From contig CAZLWE010000002.1 in NCBI GenBank assembly GCA_964562985.1, positions 1,630 through 65,629 on the forward strand: a stretch of DNA of 64,000 nt, in the 5' to 3' direction. This DNA comes from an uncultured Acidimicrobiales bacterium (GTDB taxonomy: Bacteria > Actinomycetota > Acidimicrobiia > Acidimicrobiales > SHLQ01). The notes under the pieces are model-generated. The model had not been told where the DNA came from, made no database searches, and was given only the letters and a program-made list of their open reading frames with translations. The position numbers and the translations under genes are program-made. Below, in pieces: positions 56,951-64,000 of the stretch (positions are counted from its first letter, which is position 1; every line of letters begins with the position of its first letter).

Positions 56951-58428
56951 GCGGCCATCCCCGTTTCTAGTCGTTGTTGTAGTTGGGCTTCCACGTGAGA
57001 AATCTCCCCTACCAAGCGAGCCCGAAGGGCATCGCTTGGATGATCTGTCTTTTCGTATTCGGCGCACAGGCGGGCAAGCCGCTCGGCGCCGATCAGGGCG
57101 CTCGTCGACTTGAGGGTGTGTGCGGCCCGGCGCGCCTCTTCACCGGTGTCAGCCTCATTACCCACGAGGAGTTCGGTACGGGATCCCAACTCGGCAAGGT
57201 AGGTCTCGATCACGACCCGCACCGTGTCGGCGTCGCCGAGATCCTCAACCAGGGCTTCGATGGCCTCGTGCATCGTGTCGGTGCTGTCGGCCTGACGTTG
57301 CGTGGCGTCGAAGCTTTGATCGGTGGTGTCGTCGTGACCTAACCAACGCGTCATCATGGCGCGCATGTCGTCGAGGCTGACCGGTTTCCCAAGGTGGTCG
57401 TTCATACCGGCATCGAGGCATGCGAGACGATCTCCTGCCAATACGTTGGCGGTCATAGCGATGATCGGAACGTCGGGTGGCACGAGCTCTTGCGCACGAA
57501 TCTCTTGGGTGGTCTCGATACCGTTTGCGCCCGGCAGGTTCCAGTCCATCAAGATCAGGTCGACAGATTCGGATGTGAGGAATTCGAGCGCTCGCTCGCC
57601 GCTGTCGACGGCCACAGCACCGAGGCCGAGTAGCTCGAGTTGTTTGAGCGCGAGGGTGCGGTTGATCTCGGAGTCTTCTACGACGAGCACCGTTCCCGAC
57701 GCGGTACCGGTTGGGGCGATTCGTTCGACGTCTTTGCTTTCGGCTGCTGCACATGGAATCGAGAAAACAAAAGTGCTACCCACACCGACCGTGCTATCGG
57801 CCGAGATCGTGCCGTCCATCGCATCGGCGATCCGCCGCACAATGGCCAAACCAAGGCCGGTCCCTTGCACACCTGCGTTTCCGACCCGAACAAACGGTTC
57901 GAAGATGACCTCCAGGTCATCGGGCTCGATGCCGACACCGCTGTCTCGCACCTGCACCGAGAGGTTCGTGGCGTCGGAGGCCAAGGTGACCTGAACCGAG
58001 CCGATCTGGGTATAGCGGATGGCGTTGCTGATGAGGTTGTGGACGACCTGGCCGAAACGGACGGAGTCGCCCATGACCCGCAAGGGCACATCGGAGGAGA
58101 AGTCGACCAGCAAGCGAAGACCCGCTTCCTTGGCATCGGGACGCAGTCGATCGGCGATGGAGGTCACCAAGGTGCGCGGAGCGAAAGGTTCGTTTTCGAG
58201 GCTCGGGGTGGTGGAACTGAACTCGCCGTAGGTGATGACATCATCCACGAGCACTCGCATCGAGGCGGCCTCGTCGTACAGGGTTTGTGCGATCCGGTGG
58301 TTGGCATCGTCGAGGTCGCTGTTGAGCAAGAGTTCGGACAGCCCGAGAAAGGCGTGCAGCGGCCCGCGCAGTTCGTGGCTGACCGCAGCCATGAACCGTT
58401 CATCGCTTGATGTGGATCGCTTCGTCAT
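56947..58428 (-). CDS. Sensor-less hybrid histidine kinase (HisKA-HATPase-REC-Hpt)
   Basis: Starts almost directly at the H-box (FMAAVSHELRGPL). N/G1/F/G2 boxes present. REC domain (VLVVEDSE..LILMDWNLPG..GKP). Hpt domain (AAHTLKSTSALIGA). Confidence 0.85.
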   Translation of the reverse strand: MTKRSTSSDERFMAAVSHELRGPLHAFLGLSELLLNSDLDDANHRIAQTLYDEAASMRVLVDDVITYGEFSSTTPSLENEPFAPRTLVTSIADRLRPDAKEAGLRLLVDFSSDVPLRVMGDSVRFGQVVHNLISNAIRYTQIGSVQVTLASDATNLSVQVRDSGVGIEPDDLEVIFEPFVRVGNAGVQGTGLGLAIVRRIADAMDGTISADSTVGVGSTFVFSIPCAAAESKDVERIAPTGTASGTVLVVEDSEINRTLALKQLELLGLGAVAVDSGERALEFLTSESVDLILMDWNLPGANGIETTQEIRAQELVPPDVPIIAMTANVLAGDRLACLDAGMNDHLGKPVSLDDMRAMMTRWLGHDDTTDQSFDATQRQADSTDTMHEAIEALVEDLGDADTVRVVIETYLAELGSRTELLVGNEADTGEEARRAAHTLKSTSALIGAERLARLCAEYEKTDHPSDALRARLVGEISHVEAQLQQRLETGMAA

Positions 58429-59726
58429 CGTCGGGAACCTCCAGTGACCAATCGGCGGCCACCGCCATTTCGTTGAGTAGCACGATTGCCAACCACGACG
58501 ACGCCCCATGTGGTGAGTACGAGCAACCCGACCACCACCGTGCGTGCGACGACGAAGGACTCAAGCGATGCCGACCTCGTGGCGAGGACCACCCCGAGGA
58601 CGACCACTCCTCCAAGGAGCAGAGTTGCCGGTCGGGCGTCGCCATCGACCGACGACACCATTGCGGCCCCGGCGACTACGGCGATCAGCCCCGTTCCCAA
58701 GGCATACGGGCCGACGAGGTAGGCCAGGTCGGCGAACTCGGTGCCGTAGGTGATCCCAACCCAGACATCGGCGGTCAACCAGGCGCCGGTCACGAGGATG
58801 GCGACTAAGACGAGATTTCCGGCGGTGAATATGCGTCGACGGAGCACTGGTGTCAGTGGCGCGTCTTCGGCGGTCACGAACGGAAGGACCGCTTGTTGGA
58901 TGGTCCACGACCCGAAGAACACGATCCGCCCGGCCAGCGTGAGTGCAGCGAACCCTCCGGCGGTCGCCGGATCGAAGGCAGCTTTGGCAATGATGAGATC
59001 GAGATTCGTCAGCGCGGTGACAGCGATGAGACCAGCACCGACGGAACGAAGCGGCGGGTGCCCGGCGGGTGAGGACAGGTCACACCACGACCAGCGGCCG
59101 AGATGCGGTCGGCAAACGACGTAGCTGGCAAGAAAGCCGATGTTGAGCGCGATCGTCAACCCGAGAAGCCCCTTGAAGAGGACGACGACCACCGCCGTGG
59201 CCGCAGCGCGAGCAATGCCTTCCGCTAGCAGAGCGGTGGTGAGCTTTGCGAAAGCCATTTCGCCGTGGAGCCGGCCCCGCTCGACGGCGAGTTGAAGGTG
59301 CACGGGAAGACCGAACGCCATGACGAGAAGCGCCCAGGGGCTCTCGATGTTCAGCGCGCCGGCGAGTTGTGGTGCAGCCAGACCGAGCAACAGCGCACCA
59401 CCCAAGCCGATCCGGTTGGTGAGCAATCGCATTGCTGCTACGTCGCTCGCAGAATCTCGAGCCGGGTTCAACACCGCTACCGAGGTCGTGAGTTGCAGTA
59501 CGCAGGCCAGCACGCCAATGACGAGCAGCAGGGTCACCATGAGCGAGATATCGCCGAAGGTTTCAGGCGATAGCACCGACGCGAGCCAGATGTTGATGCC
59601 AAAGTTCACTGCATTGACGACCATCATCGCCGCCACCAATGTTGCGCTTCCGCCACCGAGCTTCTTGAGCGACGAGGTCCGGTCGTTGGTGACTTGCGTG
59701 GCTGCCTTTCTTCTCATAGCGATCAT
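58425..59726 (-). CDS. Wzx/MOP-family polysaccharide flippase-like membrane protein
   Basis: About 12 TM helices. Start set at ATG 59726 (ATGA overlap with the upstream STAS gene). The longer ORF N-terminus is Arg-rich off-frame text. Confidence 0.7.
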   Translation of the reverse strand: MIAMRRKAATQVTNDRTSSLKKLGGGSATLVAAMMVVNAVNFGINIWLASVLSPETFGDISLMVTLLLVIGVLACVLQLTTSVAVLNPARDSASDVAAMRLLTNRIGLGGALLLGLAAPQLAGALNIESPWALLVMAFGLPVHLQLAVERGRLHGEMAFAKLTTALLAEGIARAAATAVVVVLFKGLLGLTIALNIGFLASYVVCRPHLGRWSWCDLSSPAGHPPLRSVGAGLIAVTALTNLDLIIAKAAFDPATAGGFAALTLAGRIVFFGSWTIQQAVLPFVTAEDAPLTPVLRRRIFTAGNLVLVAILVTGAWLTADVWVGITYGTEFADLAYLVGPYALGTGLIAVVAGAAMVSSVDGDARPATLLLGGVVVLGVVLATRSASLESFVVARTVVVGLLVLTTWGVVVVGNRATQRNGGGRRLVTGGSRR

Positions 59727-60007
59727 GGCCGCATCGTCCCGACGATTCCTACAGTGCTCAGCAGATGCTGGGCTTGACTGTTTGGATCCACGACGACCTT
59801 CACGTCGCCGTATCGAGCGCGAGCCAGTGTTCGTGCTTTGACGAGCACGTTCACCACGCCGAGGTGCGCCGAGGCAACGTCGACGAAGCGAACCTCTACT
59901 TGCGGTCGGGGCTTGTCGAGCAGTTCGGTGAGGGCGACCTCGATCTCGTCCAGGCGGCCGGGACCAATGTCTCCGGTGAGGGTCAGCGTGTCGTGTGCGG
60001 AGCTCAT
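59723..60007 (-). CDS. STAS-domain protein (anti-sigma-factor-antagonist-like)
   Basis: 94 aa. The L.L.G.I pattern plus length and predicted fold resemble SpoIIAA/RsbV. ATGA overlaps on both sides. Confidence 0.5.
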   Translation of the reverse strand: MSSAHDTLTLTGDIGPGRLDEIEVALTELLDKPRPQVEVRFVDVASAHLGVVNVLVKARTLARARYGDVKVVVDPNSQAQHLLSTVGIVGTMRP

Positions 60008-60351
60008 TGGGCACCTCCGGTGAATACCGGAATCAATGAGTCGAAGCCCGTGAGTTCGAGCGTGGCGCGAAGTTCGTCGCTGGGTAGCGCGATGACAAGG
60101 TCACCGTCGCGGCCGAGCGCCGTGAGCCGGGCATCGACCAACGACTGAAGCGAGGACATGTCAGCGAAAGCAACGTTCGAGCCGTCGATCAAAAGCGTGG
60201 TCCCTGCTTCGCTGAACATGGCCTGCACGTCGAGATCTGCGTGAACGTCGAACCGCTGCGGCAACTCGATCGTGCGGGCGACGCGAGTCTGGTGCAGGGC
60301 GACCGGTGGTGCAGTGGCGCTGAAGTGTTGTTGGTTGGAGGAGAGGTTCAT
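60004..60351 (-). CDS. STAS-domain protein (anti-sigma-factor-antagonist-like)
   Basis: LLIDGSNVAFADMSSLQSLVDA..LVIALPSDELRATLELTGFDSLIPVF matches the STAS pattern, including a DxSS-like Ser. Confidence 0.6.
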   Translation of the reverse strand: MNLSSNQQHFSATAPPVALHQTRVARTIELPQRFDVHADLDVQAMFSEAGTTLLIDGSNVAFADMSSLQSLVDARLTALGRDGDLVIALPSDELRATLELTGFDSLIPVFTGGAQ

Positions 60352-60392
60352 GGCTGGGGTCTTTCTGATCGGTGGGTCTTGGAAACGAGTGG

Positions 60393-62321
60393 TTAGGCGC
60401 AGGCTTCGAGGAGGTGGTGGTGATGCCAGGCAGCGATATCGGCGAGCGGCAGACTGTTCGCCGCTGCGTGGTTGGTGGATGCCTGTTGGTCGCGCAGCTC
60501 GTCGTCGGAGAGAATCTGCTCGATCGCCGCTCGTAGAGATTCCATCGAGGACGGGTCGAATGGGAGCCCCACGAAACCTTCTTCTTCGATGAGGCCGATG
60601 AAGTCGCCAAGCTCAGGCACGACCACCGGGCGTCCGAACGCACCGGCCTGGTGCAGCGGACCGGAACTGCCGGTCGTGGAGGTATAGGGGAACACCACGA
60701 CCGAGCTCGATTCGAACAGCGGCTCGACATCCTCTTCTTCGATGTAGCCAAGGAAGCGAAGGCCCGCGAGATCGTCGTTGGTGGCAGCGACGGCGTCGAG
60801 GTAACCGGGGGCGTTGGGGCTGTCGGTTCCGCCGATGACGAGTTCGACATCGGCGAACGCTGGGTCGTTGGTGAGTTGGCGGTAGGCGTCGATCAGGTTC
60901 TCGAGGCGTTTGTAGGTGCCGAACTTTCCGAACGCCAGGATGCGGCGACCGCCATCGACAGGGTCGCAGCCGTTGTAGTGCGTGGTGTCGAATGTGCCGT
61001 GTGGGGTGAGGAACACATTGTCGGCGCCGTAGGTGTGGTGGAGGATTTCGACGTAGTTGGGCATCGTGGTGACGACACGGTTCGCCCGAAGCACGATCTT
61101 GGTGAGTGCGGTGCCGATGCCTCGGAGCACTCGCTCGATGATGGAGCTGCTCCCGAAGCCGGCAGCATCGAGGTCGACGGTGTCGACCAGGTTGTGCAGG
61201 AGCACCACAGAGGGCACGCCAGCGCAACGGGCAAGCATCGGAGTGAACAGCCCAAGTGCGGCGGGCACCTTCTTATTACCGAAGGCGGTGAAGTGGATGT
61301 TGAAGAGCACTGCGTCGGGGCGTTCCCGACGCAGTGCCCGGACGAGGCGCACGGCGTTGGTGAGGTCATTGAACTTCCAGCTCTCGACTCCACGAACTCC
61401 GGGTGGGGTTTGCGCCTCGCCATCCTCATGGAATGCGATGACCTCCTCGACGCCGTCGAGGGTGGCGAGGTGACGGGTGAGGTGGAAGCCGTATTCGTTG
61501 AGGGTGGTGTCTGATGGAGGCAGCGCGGTGACGACGCCAAACCGGGTCGGGCGTCCGGCACGTTCGGTGGCCTTGTTCGGGCGAGCGAACCGGAGCTTGG
61601 CGAGTTGCAGCACGAATGAGCCCGCGTCACGAAGGGGCCGCACGGTCGAGCCAGGGGCGTCGAACCAGGTGACCGGCACTTCGACTACCTCGTAGCCGAG
61701 ATGGTTGGCGAGCCACAGCGCTTCGAGATCGAAGCTGAAGTCAGCACTCTTGAGCGAGGTGAAAATGTCTTCGGCGGCGTCGCGCTCAAACAGTTTGAAG
61801 CCGCATTGGGTGTCGCAAATTTCCGAACCCAGCACCCACTTGACCAGAACCCGGAGAACACCACTGCAGGTGCGGCGGATCGCCGAGCGGTTCTGCTCGG
61901 TGGCCTCGGCATGTGCCCGACTCCCGATCACGACCGGGGTGCCGCGGCGAGCCTCGGCGAGCATGGTGTCGACATGCGCGATTGGGGTGGAGAGGTCGGC
62001 GTCGGTGACGAGGACGTACCGGCCCGCTGCGGCGAGCACGCCGGCCTTGACCGCTGCACCCTTACCTCGGTTCACGCCGGGGTCGAGCACCCGGACGTTG
62101 CGCAGCCCGAGCAGGCGAACCATCGCCACCGTGCCGTCGGTCGAGCCGTCGTCGGACACGACGATCTCGAAACTCTCCCCGGCTCGGGCGAGGTGGGCGG
62201 CGGTGGCAGCGATCGTCGGGACGATGCGCTGCGCCTCGTTGAACGCAGGGATGACCACACTGATTTCTGGCGTGTCAGCGACCGGCTCGCTCTTCCAAAG
62301 GGTGAAGTTCTCGTAGCTCAT
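60393..62321 (-). CDS. Bifunctional glycosyltransferase (N-terminal GT2, C-terminal GT4/GT1)
   Basis: GT2: VVIPAFNEAQRI..VVSDDGSTDGT..VTDADL. GT4-like: GKFGTYKRLENL..FLGYIEEEDVEPLF..GSSGPLHQAGAFGRPVVVP. Confidence 0.8.
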   Translation of the reverse strand: MSYENFTLWKSEPVADTPEISVVIPAFNEAQRIVPTIAATAAHLARAGESFEIVVSDDGSTDGTVAMVRLLGLRNVRVLDPGVNRGKGAAVKAGVLAAAGRYVLVTDADLSTPIAHVDTMLAEARRGTPVVIGSRAHAEATEQNRSAIRRTCSGVLRVLVKWVLGSEICDTQCGFKLFERDAAEDIFTSLKSADFSFDLEALWLANHLGYEVVEVPVTWFDAPGSTVRPLRDAGSFVLQLAKLRFARPNKATERAGRPTRFGVVTALPPSDTTLNEYGFHLTRHLATLDGVEEVIAFHEDGEAQTPPGVRGVESWKFNDLTNAVRLVRALRRERPDAVLFNIHFTAFGNKKVPAALGLFTPMLARCAGVPSVVLLHNLVDTVDLDAAGFGSSSIIERVLRGIGTALTKIVLRANRVVTTMPNYVEILHHTYGADNVFLTPHGTFDTTHYNGCDPVDGGRRILAFGKFGTYKRLENLIDAYRQLTNDPAFADVELVIGGTDSPNAPGYLDAVAATNDDLAGLRFLGYIEEEDVEPLFESSSVVVFPYTSTTGSSGPLHQAGAFGRPVVVPELGDFIGLIEEEGFVGLPFDPSSMESLRAAIEQILSDDELRDQQASTNHAAANSLPLADIAAWHHHHLLEACA

Positions 62322-62419
62322 ACCCAGGTCTCGGGTCTGAACATCAAGGTGACCGGTGCGCTACCTCAAGATCAGGTCAAGGTCGCCGAGCTGTCTAAGC
62401 CGCTGCTACAAGCAGTCGC

Positions 62420-63976
62420 CTAGGCGTTGAAGACCTTGTCAACGGTGTGGTCGAAGGCGTTCGACGTCCCTATGTTCGGTTCCGATCCAACCGCCGCTGG
62501 CCCATAGGTATCAGCAGCCCTTCCGATAGCGCGACTAATTCTCCGAAAGCTGGGAATCGCAAGTGATGGACTATGACCCGAAGAGCTGCGGAACCGTGCC
62601 GTAACTAGTTTGTCAATCGACAAGTGATGGGGCGTAGGAAAGCTCACCACTCGCGACTCTAGGAGCTTCCTTCGCTTGTGTAGCGCCGAATGAATGGTCT
62701 GCAACAACCACCCATCAAGCTCAGAAAGGTAGTCGCCATCATCAATCAACGGATACGCCGAGAGAGCCCCTCGGAAATGCCTGAGCTTTATCTCGCCGCG
62801 CTGAAAAGATCTCACCTGCTTTTCATTCAAATCACCATAGAGGTAGCGACGAAGCTGACTTAGAAGACGGACGTAGTCCTTGTCGACGTTCGCTGCGATG
62901 CGGTCGAGGTTCTGACAGCCGCGCATGGGTTCGCGCAGAAGGTGGTCGTAGATCATTCCTGCGCAATCACTCTGTATCTTTTTGCGCGCCCTCTTGCTGG
63001 GCTTGCAGGACCCTAGTCCGAGGTCGTAACCCAAAAATTGAACTACTCGTTTTGTTCGAATCTCACCGTTCGGCCAGTTGGCGGGAACCAGCAAACTGAT
63101 CCCATCGGACTTGGCCTGGTTCAGACTGACACCCATTCTCGAAGCTGCTTCATTGAGAACGTTGAACGCTTGACAAACCAAATCGTAAGAGTCTGACCAA
63201 ATCAGGGTGTCATCGGCATACCTAACGAACTGAAGGCCGAGCCGCTCAAGGTTTCTATCCAATTCACTGGCAGCAAGGTTCGCGAGGATGAGACTTACGC
63301 TTGTGCCCTGCGGAATCCCCCTTCTGTTATCCAATGGCTTGCCGGGATAGTCACTGGCGAGTGCGGGCTTGAGGGGCATAAATGCTCGGAGCACATCAAG
63401 CTCGTGTCTAGACAAGAACATGGTTCTCTCGTCCAGGACGCGTTCAATGTGATCATGCGAGATCGAGTCGAAGAACGCTGAGAAATCGAATTCAGCGATG
63501 AACACCCGCTGCTTTTCGCTCCATGCATTCTTCACTGTTAAGACAGCATCTTGGGCGCTCAAGTCCCTTCTATACGCATAGGAGCTGCCGCTCATCCTGC
63601 TCGAATTCTTAGCGAGTACGCTCTCAAAGACCATTTTCGAGACCGCACTGTCGGCGACCTGAAATATGGAGACAGTTCGGAAAGTTCCATCGCCCTTTGG
63701 CACCGATTGGAGCACCGGGGGACGAGGCGCATAGCTACCTGCCTGTAAGGACTTCCAGATCGAATCGCCGATCGCAGCGGCGTTCTTCTTCGCGTGATAG
63801 GGGTCGAACCCCGAGTCGACGGCCCACCATGACGGATCGTGCGATTCGAGCGACTCTAAGTCTTTCGTAGAGCGCTCTTGCCTAGCTTTTGACTCCAAAC
63901 GCGCCCCCATTATCCTGCCCTCATGTCGGCGAATAAGGCGGTTTGCCTCCCGGATGATGTGGTCTTCGATCTTCAT
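62420..63976 (-). CDS. Reverse transcriptase, orphan/unclassified, possibly UG/Abi-like defence-type
   Basis: RT motifs present: VPKGDGTFRTVSI, FDFSAFFDSISH, RGIPQGTSVSLILANL, RYADDTLIW (YADD at 63209-63220), SLNQAKS, VQFLGYDL. About 200-aa helical C-terminal extension. G+C is visibly lower than the flanks. Confidence 0.85.
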   Translation of the reverse strand: MKIEDHIIREANRLIRRHEGRIMGARLESKARQERSTKDLESLESHDPSWWAVDSGFDPYHAKKNAAAIGDSIWKSLQAGSYAPRPPVLQSVPKGDGTFRTVSIFQVADSAVSKMVFESVLAKNSSRMSGSSYAYRRDLSAQDAVLTVKNAWSEKQRVFIAEFDFSAFFDSISHDHIERVLDERTMFLSRHELDVLRAFMPLKPALASDYPGKPLDNRRGIPQGTSVSLILANLAASELDRNLERLGLQFVRYADDTLIWSDSYDLVCQAFNVLNEAASRMGVSLNQAKSDGISLLVPANWPNGEIRTKRVVQFLGYDLGLGSCKPSKRARKKIQSDCAGMIYDHLLREPMRGCQNLDRIAANVDKDYVRLLSQLRRYLYGDLNEKQVRSFQRGEIKLRHFRGALSAYPLIDDGDYLSELDGWLLQTIHSALHKRRKLLESRVVSFPTPHHLSIDKLVTARFRSSSGHSPSLAIPSFRRISRAIGRAADTYGPAAVGSEPNIGTSNAFDHTVDKVFNA

Positions 63977-64000
63977 GGTTATTGGTGTGGGTGGTGGCGT

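Noticed and set aside
59727-60014. Arg-rich 96-aa N-terminal extension of the flippase ORF (58425..60014). Similar extensions exist on the H-NOX ORF (56951..57067), the hybrid-kinase ORF (58429..58509) and the beta-helix lipoprotein ORF (41131..41325).
   Set aside because: The extensions overlap better-supported upstream genes and have off-frame composition. The internal ATG/GTG starts give ATGA overlaps or proper signal peptides.
62322-63976. The RT considered as part of a group II intron, retron or diversity-generating retroelement.
   Set aside because: No maturase/En domain and no domain V/VI-like structure lie downstream of the stop. No VTG retron signature was seen. No Avd-like gene or template/variable repeat pair is visible. 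The retron msr/msd option cannot be fully excluded because the upstream DNA is outside the window.
1-64000. Scan of intergenic regions for tRNA, rRNA, tmRNA, IS elements, integrases and att-like repeats flanking the RT and toxin islands.
   Set aside because: No T-loop/acceptor-stem-like 70-90-nt structures, transposase or integrase ORFs, or terminal inverted repeats were recognised by eye. A covariance-model scan would be needed to exclude small RNAs.

Overview
High-G+C, Actinobacteria-like chromosomal window, possibly Acidimicrobiia-type. It is densely coding, with about 60 genes. I saw no rRNA, tRNA, CRISPR array, transposase or integrase.

Housekeeping blocks:
- gltX and cimA-leuB.
- A 2,973-aa LAXTG-anchored repeat adhesin (9113-18034).
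- A nucleoside-salvage operon: BMP-family binding protein, ABC ATPase, two permeases, an MBL hydrolase and udp (19853-27025).
- An L,D-transpeptidase.
- An ABC-2 exporter next to a NarL-type regulator that has no kinase.
- A 2OG-oxygenase/dehydrogenase pair, rhodanese-metZ and greA.
- A cobalamin-riboswitch-led btuFCD-like-cobO-cobU block, plus cobT-cobS.

Unusual parts:
1. A run of minus-strand genes (62321 to 55525) is joined mostly by ATGA start/stop overlaps. It links a GT2-GT4 fusion glycosyltransferase, two STAS proteins and a Wzx-like flippase to a sensor-less hybrid histidine kinase, an H-NOX haem sensor and a kinase-like protein lacking the phospho-acceptor His.
2. Directly upstream, at the window edge, is a lower-G+C orphan reverse transcriptase (62420-63976). 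It does not look like a group II intron, retron or DGR enzyme, and may be a defence-type UG/Abi-like RT.
3. A polymorphic-toxin-like gene carries a PT-TG-like module and an HEXXH C-terminal domain. Two small candidate immunity genes follow it (51967-54681).
4. A CooC-like ATPase has two in-frame TGA codons at the expected Cys-x-Cys position, followed by a SECIS-like hairpin (208-246).
5. A membrane pseudokinase has an extracellular jelly-roll-like domain.
6. A frame-split lipoprotein remnant runs in frame into the NarL regulator.

All functional calls rest on motif recognition by eye. No searches were run.
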